Source of the DNA: Eledone cirrhosa
Lineage: Eukaryota
Length of the DNA: 64,000 nucleotides
NCBI GenBank assembly: GCA_964016885.1
Contig: OZ024744.1
Coordinates: 80,290,001-80,354,000 of the forward strand
Reading direction: 5' to 3'
Shown: positions 30,612 to 45,110 of the stretch, piece after piece
How the letters are laid out: each line of letters begins with the position of its first letter
Position numbering within the stretch: the stretch's first letter is position 1
Made by a program: the position numbers and the translations under genes
The notes under the pieces: generated by a model
Told to the model about the DNA's origin: nothing
What the model saw: only the letters and a program-made list of their open reading frames with translations
Databases searched by the model: none

Positions 30612-31099
30612 CAGGAAAGAAGGTTTACATGGTTTGCTATACAAAAAAGTTTTTAATCACATAGCTTACATTTGTTTCACTGAACTGGTATGTCTAGAGA
30701 TCGCTATCCGCCTAATTTTGCGTCACTCGATCGCCAATACAGAATTATAACCAGTCAGATCTTCGGAGCATGCGAGAATGAAGAAAATACACAGGCAAGA
30801 AGAGAAAAGAAAATATGGAGTAGTTATGGCATTCAATTAGAACAATAACAACAACAATTATTACAACAATGCTATCAATAAACTATTTAAGGAGACCCTG
30901 ACATTACTTAGGTGGGGGGTATATAATGTATCTAATGTTACGGCGTGAAAACCAGCTGTCATAAGGCAAAAAGTATCGTAGTGTGTATCAATTTTAAATT
31001 ATAAAGATAAGCTAGTTTACCTGGAATACCATAACTGGACTTCACCTAAGTGGACTGCATTTAACTATTATTTGTTAATCCGTATATATATATATATAT

Positions 31100-31545
<446 letters not shown>

Positions 31546-31560
31546 CATACATACATACAT

Positions 31561-31594
<34 letters not shown>

Positions 31595-31664
31595 TGTATT
31601 TATTTATATATATATATATACATATATTTTCCTCAACCTGTTAGTTCTATCGTTACTTTGGTAT

Positions 31665-31852
31665 GCGGTGAATTGGCAGTATCGGTAGAGCGTTGGACGC
31701 CATGCTTTCTAGCATAGTTACGCCCCTTTACAGTCTGAGTTCAAATCCCGCCGAGGTTAACTTTGCCTTTCATCCTTACGGGGTCGATAAAATAAAGTAC
31801 CAGTAATGTACTAGGTAATTGCTGGCCTTGTGCCTAAAGTAGAAACAATTAT
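31665..31852 (+). mobile_element. SINE-A
   Basis: Similarity to SINE-A. Confidence 0.85.
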
Positions 31853-31874
31853 TGTGTGTTAGATATATATATAT

Positions 31875-31909
<35 letters not shown>

Positions 31910-31957
31910 CGGACAAAATGAAACGAAATTTCATTTCTCACTCTGTACGTATACATA

Positions 31958-31993
<36 letters not shown>

Positions 31994-32027
31994 TATTATA
32001 TATGTATGTATATATATATATATATAT

Positions 32028-32401
32028 ATATTAATAAAAGGAATTCCAACTTTGTCTGATTTACTCGTTTTATTTACAATCCTTTAAAATTTATAATGGT
32101 ATTAGAATGAAATAGTATGGTAGAATATTAAATGTTAAGTGTTAATTGAACAAGTACTTTCATGCTTTCGCAATCTTCAGGTTCATATTGTGTGGTGACA
32201 GTCAAGTTTGCAATTTTCAAAATTGACTGTCACCACACAATATGAACCTGAAGATTGCGAAAGCATGAAAGTACTTGTTCAATTAACACTTAACATTTAA
32301 TATTCTACCATACTATTTCATTCTAATACCATTATAAATTTTAAAGGATTGTAAATAAAACGAGTAAATCAGACAAAGTTGGAATTCCTTTTATTAATAT
32401 A
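32028..32401. repeat. Near-perfect palindrome (about 178-bp arms) carrying two 39-nt minimal hammerheads (32147-32185 -, 32243-32281 +)
   Basis: tgaac-CTGAAGA-ttgc.gaaa.gcat-GAAA-gtac-TT-gttca. Confidence 0.85.
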
Positions 32402-32427
32402 ATCTTCTATACACACCCGTGTATATT

Positions 32428-32526
<99 letters not shown>

Positions 32527-32620
32527 TTTAGTACAGCATTGACGAAACTTTAGAATACGGCCAAGCTAACGTACATGCATAATCGGTCTGTAGTTTGAGC
32601 ACTGAGATGAGGAAAGACCC

Positions 32621-32925
32621 CAGATTTCTTCCATCATTTCCGTTGGTTCTTCGACCTGGTTTAGTTATTTATTATGCATCTTACAGGTTGTTGTCGGTAA
32701 CAGCAACAGCCATGACATGACAGCAGAAGCAACAATATAGCATATATATGCTATATATGCTATAATGAGGCAATTTACTACTACTTCCGCTGCCATTGTT
32801 GCTTCTGCTGTCATGTCATGGCTGTTGCTGTTTGTGCTGTTGCTATTACCGACAACAACCTATAAGATGCATAATAAATAACTAAACCAGGTCGAAGAAC
32901 CAACGGAAATGATGGAAGAAATCTA
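32621..32925. repeat. Fold-back repeat
   Basis: 32621-32735 is the revcomp of about 32795-32925. Confidence 0.75.
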
Positions 32926-33164
32926 GTGAGAGTGGCGAGGTTGGTGAGGTTGGCAAGACATGACTGGTTTCTTCTGTAAATGTATTAAAATCTATAATAA
33001 TAGGAAATGTGTGTATATTAATTTATTTATATATTTGTCGTCACTCACTGCAAGGGAGATAACTGAGGAAAGAACGTGGTGGTGACAAACTGTAGCAACT
33101 AATGTTCTAAGATTCGCTACACTTGTGTATGCGTAGCGAATTGGCTATACACATCGGGGCAGGA

Positions 33165-33385
33165 CGGTGGGTTGGCAGTAATCGGTAGAGCGTCGGGCAA
33201 TATGCTTCACGACATAGAGTTACGGCCCTTTACGTTCTGAGTTCAAATCCCGCTGAGGTTGATTTACCTTTTATTCTAACGGGGTCGATAAAATCAAGTA
33301 CCAGTAGTGTACTGGAGTCGATTTAGTCGGCTTTCTCCTTCCCCCAAAATTGTTGACCTTGTGCCTAAATTAGAAACCATTATTG
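33165..33385 (+). mobile_element. SINE-A (long variant)
   Basis: Similarity to SINE-A. Confidence 0.85.
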
Positions 33386-34070
33386 TGTCGGTGTTTGTGT
33401 GTTTATATCACTTGCGTGAGTGTATGTATATGAATCTTTGTGTGAATATATTTATACTTGTGTGAGTGTTTGCGTGTTTATAGTTATATACTCATACATG
33501 TCAATGTATTCATATGCACACCAAGAAATCTTGGTTATCTGTTAGTTGCAGATAGTATTTTTTTTTTTTTTTACAAAAAAATTATAAGAGTTATTAAACA
33601 AAAAACTTGGTCTTGTACTCTTAATAAAAGAATAATACACACACACGAACAAAATGGTATAAGGGGGAAAAACGGAGAAAAGGAGGATAAAAGGAACAAA
33701 TCATATGCATGTATGTTTTTTTTTTTTTTACTGGGAGTGAAAGGCCCCCAGTTGTTGTCACAACACCTTTCTAGGAGAGAGAAACTGGAAAGAAAAAAAA
33801 AAAATAAATAAACCTACGGCTTCGGAAACAATCCGATGATGTTGACTAGTTCTCCTTTTCGGGTATTTTTTTAATTTATTTTTTTTTTTTTTATTGCTCA
33901 GAGAGTTGGTCGAGTGCAAGGCCTTTCCCCACTTAAAAAACCTTCAAAGCACAGGCATTGCTTGTTCAGGATATGTTACAGGTTCGTGTGGCTGGCCGTA
34001 GTCTAAAAGTGCACCAAACTCTATAATCTGACAAGCGATTGCAATACTCTTACCAGAGTTTACCGCCATC

Positions 34071-34103
<33 letters not shown>

Positions 34104-34175
34104 TGTATGTATGTATGTATGTATGTATGTATGTATGTATGTATGTATGTATGTATGTATGTACATGTATGTATG

Positions 34176-34780
34176 TCAAGTCACCAGTTGGTGCTACTGG
34201 TAACATGTATCCCAGTACAACCTGTCTCATGGTTGGGTCGTTGGCAACTAAACTGGCAACCCCACCAAGGTTTCTTGGTGAGGAGGGTGACTTTGGACAT
34301 CCTGCAGGACTAAAAACAAAACCTGTCAAAGGGCAAAGGAGCTCTTAAGAGTCAATGGCCATCCAAAATCACCGGGGGAGACCCCTTAGCCTTTGTCAAG
34401 GCAGAATTCTAGGAGAAGGAAAACTCTGATATAACACCTGCAACCCTGATGGTATCCAATGATGTTGACTTCTTATTCTTTTTGGTAAATATCATCTTGG
34501 TTAAGAGAGTGGGACTGGATTTGTGCAGTGGCTTTGCTCACTATAAAAGCTTCACGGCACAGGCATTGCTTTGTATCTGGAGATCTCTCTGCACTTGCTG
34601 TCACGTGGTACCATGGGCCCAGCACTATGTGTCAATAATTGTCACAGGTGTAGTGTTTGTACCAGAGTTTTCAAGTCGCTGGCTGGACTAAAAAGTCATA
34701 CTTGTTTAGCGCATCGGTAGGGGTTCTCCTACATGGATATAAAGTAGTGGCCGTACTCGAAAACGAGTTGGCAGCTATCA
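34176..34780 (+). mobile_element. Non-autonomous retroelement inside a (TATG)n array, with RTE-like 5' leader
   Basis: Flanked both sides by (TATG)n; ggcaaccccacc..taaaaac and ctaggagaaggaaaactctga resemble RTE 5' UTRs; no ORF. Confidence 0.4.
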
Positions 34781-34811
34781 TGTATGTATGTATGTATTTA
34801 TTTATGTATGT

Positions 34812-35632
34812 ATATTCTTCTAGCTTTATAATTTCACAAATTTTTGCAATAGAGGGAGAGAGCCGGTTTCTAACAGATTCAAGACTCTCTCATTGAAATT
34901 TACACTGCATCAAATAGGTAGATTATGTATGCATGCGTGTGTGTGCAGGTATGAATGTTGTTGTACGTGTGGGTGTGGATGTTTTGAGTTGTACGTGTGC
35001 ATGTGCATATGCTTTGTATCTGGTATATGCAGTTATTAGATGCAGAATTTTTGGAATGTTTTACATATTTTTACTGTTCCATGAATGGATTGTACATGTA
35101 ATTTCCTAACTAGTTGTGTTTTTTCTGTTCCTGTGAAGCCTAGCTTCTCAAGATTTGTATTGAGGCAGTTACTAACATATCCCAGTGCCCCAATAATCAC
35201 AGGCATAAATCTGAAGGTGTAATCAGGGTGGAGTATCTGCAGATTTCTCATTAGTTCTGCATAGATATTTTCCTTTTCGCCAATCATTAATATTATATTG
35301 GCATCTGCTGGGCAGCTAACTTCCACTACTGTGCATGCCTTCTTCTCCCTGCCCCATATCATAATATCTGGTCTGTTATGCCTGCATTTTATTGGGGTTT
35401 TTACTGGAACATTCCACCGGTATTCTTTCATATTATGTATATATATATATATGTCTTCCACTTTACTGTAGCTTTTAATGTGTTTATTGTCGGGGCTACC
35501 CTTTCTATGGATTGCATTGTACAGTGTTTTGGCCACTACATCATGCCTCATAGGTAGATAGTACCGTGATGACATCTTTGGACAGCTGCTTATGACATGG
35601 GTGACATCTTCGATGTTAATTCTGCGGAGTCT
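34812..35632 (-). mobile_element. R4/Dong-like non-LTR retrotransposon 3' fragment (restriction-like endonuclease)
   Basis: EDVTHVISSC..RHD.VAK..NRPDI..VVEVSCP..EKENIY; 3' end runs into (CATA)n. Confidence 0.75.
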
Positions 35633-36386
35633 ATTTATTTTTAAATATTCGGTTTAATTATCTTTTCCCTCTAATCCTTATCAGTTTAGTTTCCTATTGT
35701 CGTTCTTATTTGTTGTTTGAATTTTAGCTACTATCTATTCCTTGCCTCGATATCCATTAAATGTATTCTAGTATATGGTATTGTATGGACCTGAAACTCC
35801 TGAGGGAGTCATAGGGGCACCATATTGACATACGTCGTTCCTAGGACATTTTTTTAAACCGGGCGGAGCCCGTCTCCTCTCCAGGCCTGAATATCGTAGA
35901 TTTCTTCTAGGGAAGGATAGAGAGAAAGTGTGAGAAATAAATATAGAGGAAGAATAAACCCTAGTACTTGACTGGTATTTTTTGTTTCGACTGTGAATGG
36001 ACGAGAGCCGAAATGAATACCACAAAGCATTCTATCCGACGTTCTAACGACTCTGCCAATTCACTGTCTATTCTAGCATATTCTACAATATATATATATA
36101 TCTACCGAATAAAAATTCTTGTTCATTGTTTCTGATGAGAACGTGAGATGGATCTATTGTATCAAGACTGATAATATGGAGTTACGTAACTCCTATCAAT
36201 TAGTCAATATATCGATATTATCATTGTTCACTCAAATTGTTCCGCTAACCCTTATGATATGCGGCGGATTGTCGCATTTTCGTGGTGAATTGATGGCCGT
36301 TTTCGTTTTTTTTTTACCCCCTTTTATTTTCATTTTCTTTTTCTTTTCTTTTTTCTTTCTGTCGCTCTGGTCATTATGTGTGTGTA

Positions 36387-36461
<75 letters not shown>

Positions 36462-36469
36462 ATATATAA

Positions 36470-36745
36470 AGACCCCCTTCGGTCGCGAATGACCATGGAA
36501 AGTTTCTGTCCGAGGCACAAGTCCAGGAAAGGTTGTTTGTAGAAGACTAGCAGTCACCCATGCATACCAGTCTCCCCTCTTCACACCACTGATGTTGTCC
36601 AAGGGAAAGGCAATGACCGATACAACTTGTCACCAGTGACGTTGCAACTCATTTCTACAGCTGAGTAAACTAGAGTAACGTGAAATAAAGTGTCTTGCTC
36701 AAGGACACAACGCATCACCCGGTCCAAGAATCGAACTCACAGCCT
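36470..36745 (-). mobile_element. CORE-type tRNA SINE, head disrupted by a Helitron
   Basis: Revcomp has gagttcgattc..gtccttgagcaagacactttatttcac. Confidence 0.8.
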
Positions 36746-36769
36746 TCTGATATATATAGATATATATAT

Positions 36770-37142
36770 AGATATATATATAAAACAGAGGATGTCTGTC
36801 TGTGTGTCTGTTTCCCTAAAACTCGAGAAGTACCCAACCGTTTTTTTTTCAAACTTTACACATGTAACCCGTATGGCCCCGGAAGTGTTTTGAGTAAAAA
36901 AAATTTCAAATTATTCTGACCTAGGAATCGAATTAGTGAAGTGGCCAATGTCTGTACATTATGAGGGAGTGAGAGGGGAGAGAAAGAAACGGAGAGGCGA
37001 AGTGAAGAAGTGGCTCTCTACTCCTCCTCCTCCTCCTTCTCCCCATTCGTCACAGCGTTTTTCGATAGAGGGGAGAAATGTGAACGAGTTACAGAGAGAA
37101 AGAGTGAGAGTGAAAGAAACAGACAGACCAAAAGAGGGGGAT

Positions 37143-37179
<37 letters not shown>

Positions 37180-39342
37180 CAGACGCCGTCTTTTGAGAGT
37201 TGTATGCGTCAAAGATACATGGCAGTGGAATAACTATTGCGTGTGTGTGTGAGTTTGTGTGCGTTTGCATGCGTGAGTGTGTATGTGTGCGTGAGTGGTT
37301 ATAAACTCTCTCACATGGTCTGATGGAATTAACCCTTTAGCATTTACATACTCTATATATACTATATTATTTTCATGGTAAAATCTCATAGATTTAATAT
37401 TATTTATTTTGAGAACAATACCTTAACCCTTTAGCATTAATTGTTTCTACTTTAGGCACAAGGCCAGCAATTACCCAGTGTATTACTGGTACTTTATTTT
37501 ATCGACCCCGTAAGGATGAAAGGCAAAGTTAACCTCGGCGGGATTTGAACTCAGATCATAAAGGGAGGTAACTCTATGCTTCAAAGCATGGCGCCCGACC
37601 CTCTACCGATACTGCCAATCCACCGCCCTTTAGCATTAATGTGAGTGAGTTATAAAGAGAACGAGTGAGAGTGAAAGAAACAGACAGACTAAAAGAGAGG
37701 GATAGCGGGAGAGAGAGAGAGAGAGAGAGACGCTGGAAGAGGGGAAGGAAAGCTATAAGTAATTAACACGTGTGCGTGTGTGTATGTACGCGTGTGTGCG
37801 TGCGTGCGCGCGTGTTTGTGTGTGCGTGTGCGTGTGTGTGTGTTCGCGCAGGGTTCCATTATAAGTTAAATCTATTAACATGTGTGTGTGTGAGTTTGCG
37901 TACATTTCTGCGTTTGTGTGCTTCAGTGTGTGTGTGTACTTGCGTGTGGCGTTTCATTTACGCCATTTTTGTCACTGACAACATATTCACTAACTTACAC
38001 TCATTCCAACCGCTGCTCTTACTGTTACCCCTCTCCCTATAAATACCCCGTTCGGAAATTACATGCATCGGTTTTTAATTCACTGACGAGTTTACTCCTG
38101 ACTCTACCAGTGAGTTTCAGTGTACTTCGTACTGCTTTTAGGTCATGCCTCGAAGGAAGAGATACTCCATTGGCCGAAAAACTGCGAAAGCAGCAACAAC
38201 ACGAACAGGGCGGGCAAACGAATCGTCAGTGAAATCTGCTATTCGACGGTCGCAAGATGCTAAACGTACTGCCACCAGAAGAGCACTTGAAACAGACAAT
38301 CAACGAACCATTCGCCGAACCTCGGGAGCAGAAATTCCGTTCACCTTCCGAAGACTCCAATTTCCACTTTGGGTCAATTTTGCTATGTCCATCAACAAGT
38401 CCCAGGGTCAGACTCTTTCTGTGGCCGGACTTCTTCTGGAAGAACCGTGTTTCTCCCACGGACAATTGTACGTTGGGTGCTCTAGAGTGGGCAGCAGGGA
38501 AAATCTTTTTGCATTTGCACGCCGAGGAAAAAAAAGAAACATCGTTTACAACGAGGTGTTGTAAATGCAACAGCGAAGAGATAGGTCTGTAATCACAATT
38601 TCTTTAGTCAGCCTAATGAGCTTTTAAACAGTCTCTTAACTAAAACGTATGTTTCCCTCGGTTAAAGGTCGCCTTCAGAGAGGAACCCAGCTTGACAATC
38701 GGCGCGGCAATTTAAGGCGGCTGAAAAAATCGTGAACACATACAGAGTCATTCTAATGGCTGCCAATGAACGCAACTGAAGTACTTTTTGCGGCCGTTGG
38801 AGAACGCAGTCAAAGTCCTTTCAAGGGCTGCAAGTGAACGATCAAACGGCCCTTTTTAGGGCTGAAATTGTTGATGGTCTGCCCTCATTTTTAGGGCTGT
38901 CAGTGAACGCACACACAACCCTGTTTAAGAGGCCCTACTTAAAATTGTTTGATGGCTACAGCAATGGTAAATTCATATCGACCAGCATCTGCTAAAACAG
39001 TGTTATAAGCGCTACAATGGACAGACAGGTACGTTATCGCTCTTCTTAACAAACCCTGTTTACCTTTACTTATTTTTCCTAACAACATTTGCTTCCTGTG
39101 GTTAAAGGTGAACACACACACGACCCTTTCTTAGCCCCCCTTCCCTCCTTCATGAAATTGGAAATTTATTTTGCTCATAACAATTATTTTTTTTATGAAC
39201 TCAGAATTGATTTCATCGTGTGTCCCAATTGAAGAATAAATTGAATTTTGAATAACACATTTCTATACAACATATTTTGCTCTTTTCTTCTAATATGTAA
39301 GGAACAATTTCATTCCCGGGCAACGCCGGGTGCCTATGCTAG
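36770..39342 (+). mobile_element. Internally deleted Helitron with helicase C-terminal fragment (38330-38564)
   Basis: RLQFPL..FAMSINKSQGQTL..FSHGQLYVGCSRV; 3' hairpin cccgggcaacgccggg plus CTAG 39339-39342; nested SINE-A 37438-37630 and piggyBac MITE piece. Confidence 0.9.
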
Positions 39343-39359
39343 TATATATATATAATACA

Positions 39360-40140
39360 TCGAAAACAATCATAAGGCAAATAACCATAATATTAATTAT
39401 AATTATAAGAAACCTAACATAAACTCTAATACTAATAGAAGGAATAGAACTAGAAACATAATTTGGTATGCACTTCCATTTTCACTAAGTATTAAAACAC
39501 CTTTAGCTAAACTATTTTTTAAAGCTCTGGATAAATGCTTTCCCAAAACCCATAGATACCATTCAATCTTTAACAGACATACAATAAAACTATCTTACTC
39601 TACTACTATGAACTTAGCACAAAATATAAATAGAATCAATAATGAAAATCTAAACCAAAATAGCACTAATACCTCTAGCAATATCCAACTTAATAATACT
39701 GTTCCGAATAATATCAACTCTGCTAAATGTAATAGTAGAATTAAACCAAACTGTCCTTTAAAAAATAAATGCTTAGATAAAAATGTCGTCTATAAATGCT
39801 CTGTTAAAACTAATGATCGTATATTCAACTATATAGGTTCTACTTCTACAGACTTCAAATCCCGTTTCAATAATCACAAATGCTCGTTTAATAATATTGG
39901 TAAAAAATCTTCAACTTCTCTATCAAACTTGACATGGAACTTAAAATCTAAAAATAAAGACTATTCTTTAACTTGGGATGTAATTTTAAAAGCACCTGCC
40001 TACAATAACACAGCTTTATCTAGATTTTGCAATTTGTGTGTTGAGGAAATTTTCTTCATACTTAAATGTAAGAACTCAATTAATATACGTATGAATTTAT
40101 TCAGTTCTTGTAAACATCTACTAAAAATATATATAAAATA
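39360..40140 (+). mobile_element. Naiad-like PLE 3' fragment (GIY-YIG)
   Basis: RNIIWY..PFS..DKCFP..HRY..IFNR..KLSYS; CPL..C..NVVYKC..YIGST..FKSRFNNH. Confidence 0.8.
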
Positions 40141-40761
40141 TAATTACATTTATAATTTTTCTACATATTGTTCGATATATTACAATGCCTATAATTTTCA
40201 CTTATTAAAATTTCTTTATTATATACATATATGATCATAAATCTTTAATTTTAATATTTTTTATATTAAAATTTCTTATATTATATACATATATGATCAT
40301 AATTTTTTATAAATTTTTAATTTAAACTTTAATTTTAATTTTAATATTTTTACTTATTAAATCTTTATCCTTTACTGCTTAATATTTTTACATCTTTATT
40401 CTTTACTGCTTAAATCTTTCACTTTTTTATTTTTACTTCCAAAATATCTCATTTATTTAAAAATTACTTACTTTTTTTTTTAAATCACTTATTTTTTAAA
40501 AATATCACTTATTTCTTTAAAAACTTATTTTGTTTAAAATTAAAAAAAAACTTTTTTTTTAATTAAAAAAAAAATTTTGTTAAAGGTTTTAAATATCTTT
40601 AAATATTTTAAGTATTTTAGAATAATTTTAAACATTTTAAATAGTTTAAGTATTTTTTAAAAGGTTTTTTTTGGAGTATCTTTTGAGATTCTGAATGGGT
40701 GGTGCAACCTAACTTTGGTAACTTAATGACCCCGAGCAACGGCGGGCTTTAATGCTAGTTG

Positions 40762-40885
40762 TTTATAAAACAAATTTTATATTTTGTCTGATGAAAGCGC
40801 ACCAAGATTTGCTTGGTCGCCCTTGAAATATATATAATAAAATAAATATGGTGTTATAAATATAGTTTCCATTTATTATTATCTT
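40762..40885 (+). mobile_element. Family-B fragment with hammerhead 40781-40843, next to a Helitron 3' end (hairpin plus CTAG about 40730-40758)
   Basis: CTGATGA..GAAA-tatata-TA core with paired stems. Confidence 0.7.
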
Positions 40886-40895
40886 GGTATATATA

Positions 40896-41283
40896 TGAGG
40901 CAAGCATGCTCCGTTGGATGTGCAGTGTAAATGTGCGTGAACGACCCAGCATAAATGTGTTGAGAGAGAAACTGTGTCTGAGAGGGATAGAATGTAGTGT
41001 ACGGGAGAGGAGACTGAGGTGGTATGGACATGTGATGCGCATGGAGGATGACCGATGGGTGAAGAAGTGCCAGGAAATGCCAGTTGAAGGAAGACGTGGT
41101 AGAGGTAGACCACGAAAAACATGGGCGGAGGTGGTGAGAACAGACCTCAGATCATTGAGGCTCACGGTGGAGATGACGAGGGACCGTGACGAGTGGAGAG
41201 ATGCTGTGCTGAATAAGACCCGTCCCACCCTTGCAAGCAGGGAAAAGCGGACGTAAAATGATGATGATGATGATGATGATGAT
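40896..41283 (+). mobile_element. RTE LINE 3' fragment with (GAT)n tail
   Basis: MLRWMC..RRLRWYGHVMRM..RGRGRPRKTW. Confidence 0.9.
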
Positions 41284-41284
41284 A

Positions 41285-41520
41285 TATATAATATATATAT
41301 ATAATATAATATATATAATATATATATAATATAATATAATATATATAATATATATATATAATATAATATAATATATATAATATATATATATAATATAATA
41401 TTATATATATAATATATATATATAATATAATATAATATATATAATATATATATATAATATAATATTATATATATAATATATATATATAATATAATATAAT
41501 ATATATAATATATATATATA

Positions 41521-41558
<38 letters not shown>
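41285..41558. repeat. Pure A/T minisatellite (TATAA/TA)
   Basis: No G or C over about 270 nt. Confidence 0.9.
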
Positions 41559-41561
<3 letters not shown>

Positions 41562-41626
41562 ATATTTCCATCATTGTAAAACTTCTATTTGTAAAATATG
41601 GCTTACATTATTAAATTATAAATAGA

Positions 41627-41815
41627 GGGGCGGTGAATTGTCAGTATCGGTAGAGAGTCGGACGCCATGCTTTCCAGCATAGTTACGTCTCTTTACGGTC
41701 TGAGTTCAAATCCCACCGAGGTTAACTTTGCCTTTCATCCTTACGGGACCGATAAAATAAAGCACCAGTAATGTACTGGGTAATCGCTGGCCTTGTGCCA
41801 AAATTAGAAAGAATT
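41627..41815 (+). mobile_element. SINE-A
   Basis: Similarity to SINE-A. Confidence 0.85.
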
Positions 41816-42135
41816 ATTAAATTATAAATAAAATTATTAAATGTGAAATTTTGGAGGTTTTATGCTCAATCTGCCGAATTCCTAAACACGTCAGCTCGTG
41901 AAATAAAAAAAAAAAAAACTTTCGAAACGATCGTAAAACAATGTTCTAATTAAGCAGTGCACCTCATCTACATTTTTCATTGTTCAACCTATATATATAT
42001 ATATATATGACTCTGTCGTGTATTGGAATATTCAAGAAAATCTAATATGATGGTGTTCTTCCACAAAAACAAAATCTTTTTTCACCGTATTTCGTTGAAA
42101 TATTCATATCAATGCTACATGGAGTTCTAACAGCG

Positions 42136-42168
<33 letters not shown>

Positions 42169-42832
42169 TAAATTTAGTCCTTCATCAGTGATCTTCGAGA
42201 CAGTAAACAAACAAAGATGGTAATGCAACGAAAAATGAGGAAGAAGCAGTCAAGTCCCTGAAATCGATGAACATAAGTTCTGTGAAATCGTAGACGAGAG
42301 AGAATAAAGACCATCCGACCTGGTTGAAGTGTGCGCGAGGAAAGAATCTCGCACAGGTCAAACGGGAGGAAGTAGGAGAGGGAGTAGCAGAGTGTGAGTG
42401 AGTGAAAGTGTGAGGAAGAGGCTAACAGAGAGAGTGACTGGTAGAGGCAGTAAAAGGAAGTGAGAGATACAGAGAAAAGGTGAAGCAGTAAGAAAGAAAC
42501 AGACGGGTCACAGTGGAGGAAAATATATATGAAAAATATGAAAACATGGCGTGTGACCCGTCTCGTCCACGATTTCACAGAACTTATGTTCATCGATTTC
42601 AGGGACTTGACTCCTTCTTCCTCATTTTTCTCTGCATTACCATCTTTGTTTGTTTACTGCCGCGTTCGTTCCCTCTATTTACGTGTCCCAACGACTTTCT
42701 TAGCCGTTGCTCGCACCAACCAGAGGTATATGGTCTTTAAAGCGATGAAATACCAATGAAGGCTGATGAAGGACTAAATTTATTCATATGTAACCCATTT
42801 GCAACCACGCAGCATGGCATGTTTTCATATTT

Positions 42833-42899
<67 letters not shown>

Positions 42900-42902
<3 letters not shown>

Positions 42903-43300
42903 GATATTAATAACTGGAGATTATATTTATAAAACCATATTTATTCTATTATATATATTTCAAGGGTACCAAAACTTTGGTACGCTCTCATCAGATAAAA
43001 TACAAAATTTGTTTTATAAATAGTGACAAACCCAGGAATCGGACCTTAACGGTTCAAGTTTGGATAGTTAAGGTCCGATTCCTGGGTTTGTCACTATTTA
43101 TAAAACAAATTTTGTATTTTATCTGATGAGAGCGTACCAAAGTTTTGGTACCCTTGAAATATATATAATAGAATAAATATGGTTTTATAAATATAGTCTC
43201 TATTTATTAATATCATTGATATTATACTCCAGAAAACTTGTTGAGTGCTGCGGATCTGTTATAAATATATTTGTTGAATTACCAACAAATTAAATATCTC
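42900..43300. mobile_element. Family-B fold-back insertion (about 150-bp arms) with hammerheads 42943-43001 (-) and 43116-43174 (+)
   Basis: attttat-CTGATGA-gagcgtaccaaa..tttggtaccctt-GAAA-tatata-TA-atagaat. Confidence 0.85.
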
Positions 43301-44440
43301 TTTGCTTATATATATATAATTAGATGATTCTATTGATTGATTAATAATTTGTGTTTGTTTAATAACCTGGTTGACAGCTTCATAATTCGTCTGTTGAACG
43401 GAATCAATTCCTTTGTTCACACTTTGAATTTGCTCGCCCAAAACCCAGATGTGTTCCTTCCTCTGCTAGAGAATGAATACGTGACAGCGTCGCAGTGTGT
43501 GCTACTACATTCATAACGACGACACTTCACACCGGGTCATAGGCACAGAACGGAAACTTGTTGATAACCTGAGTCCGTGTTTCGGTCTACAAACACCACA
43601 AACTTGCATATTGCGTGAGTCAAATTGTTGATTTTGGAATCACAGAAACCAATCGAGGATATTGTATAATATCCTTTGATACGGTCCAAGTTTGTTATTT
43701 AACCTGATTGTATTTTCGTTGTTGTGTTGGCTTCTGTGGCTTTGTCCCCTTAATCACAGTTTTCAATTTGTCACGCTATTTAACGTATATTTACTACTCT
43801 AAGATGTAACTTATCGATTTATCGATACCCTCTTATTTAGTGCTTTGTGCAAGCTCCGAATTGTTTTTACGCGGATGCTGGCCGACCGCCACAACTTCGA
43901 TTTTACTAACTTCCACTCTTATATATATATATATTATAAGAACAGATTAAAGTTTGAGCAAAGAATCGCTGCTTTCACACCTAACCTTAAGGGCGAAAGA
44001 GTGAATGAGAGAGAGAGAGAGAGAAGAATTGAAGTCAGAGTTGCAGGATGTCTTTGATTCTTCTCCCCCCATCTCTCTCTCTCTCTAAATATATATATAT
44101 ATGTGGTACCACCCCACATACATTCCTCAATTTAAGAATGACCTGTAGTATCGAATTTCATTCTATAAACCTCAATTGAATATATATCTGACCAGGAATG
44201 CTTTTTGTGAAAATCAGTCATATGGAACTACTGTCATCTTACCTGATGGTTTGAACTTTACAACAACACCTGCCTCTTTGAGGTCAAATACCAACCCTAC
44301 TAGCATTTACAAACTGACCAATGAGAATTAAGATTATTCCTGTTGACAACATTAAATTATTCCTAATAAGCTCATATGTCTCAAGGCTCTGATACCATCA
44401 ACACCATAAACACAGAGCTGGCATATCTAAGAACTGACTA

Positions 44441-44496
44441 ACTGCCTGATGAGGTCATAGCCATTCAATGGCTATCATCGAAATATATATATCAGT
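44441..44496 (+). ncRNA. Type I hammerhead ribozyme
   Basis: actgc-CTGATGA-ggt.atagcca.ttcaa.tggctat.atc-GAAA-tatata-TA-tcagt. Confidence 0.75.
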
Positions 44497-44539
44497 AAAT
44501 AAAGGATTATGAGTTCATGCAATTGACATATGTTTCGTC

Positions 44540-44575
<36 letters not shown>

Positions 44576-44777
44576 GGATCATTAAATTTGCTAATGTAAG
44601 ATTCTTTTGTTATCTTGGCGATTTAATGTTCTTCCTAATGCATTGTTTGGTTTTGAAAATTATTTAAATTTGTGTTTCCTATTCAACAATGCTTCAAATA
44701 AACTGCAAAACTCTGTTATATATATCATTCCAATTCCAACCCGCCCTTCCCCTCAATCTATCTTATTTCTCAGTCAT

Positions 44778-44813
44778 TCTTCTGATGAAAGGCTAGCATC
44801 CGAAACGTTAAGA
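44778..44813 (+). ncRNA. Minimal PLE-type hammerhead
   Basis: tctt-CTGATGA-aagg..cc-GAAA-cg-TT-aaga. Confidence 0.65.
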
Positions 44814-45110
44814 CCCTCTTCTTGTTATATCAAGCGTTAACCTAATATATCCCTTCCATATACTATACCGGTTGTGTTGTTATTTCTGTTTACCTTTTAC
44901 ATACACATATATATATATAACGAAGGTGGTGTGGTAAGGAACCAGATGGACCATAACGCACCAGAGTACTCGATACTTAGGGTAGTAGAGTGGGTAATAG
45001 AAAAAGAGTCAGGACCCCGACGGATGAGCTCCAGCCGTTTCGACAGCTATATATAACTTTTGAAACAGCCGGAGCTCAGCCGTTGGGATCCTGACTCTTT
45101 TCCTATATAT

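Noticed and set aside
43259-43441. Q/N-rich 60-aa ORF as a gag or coiled-coil gene
   Set aside because: Too short, no diagnostic motif, truncated by a repeat
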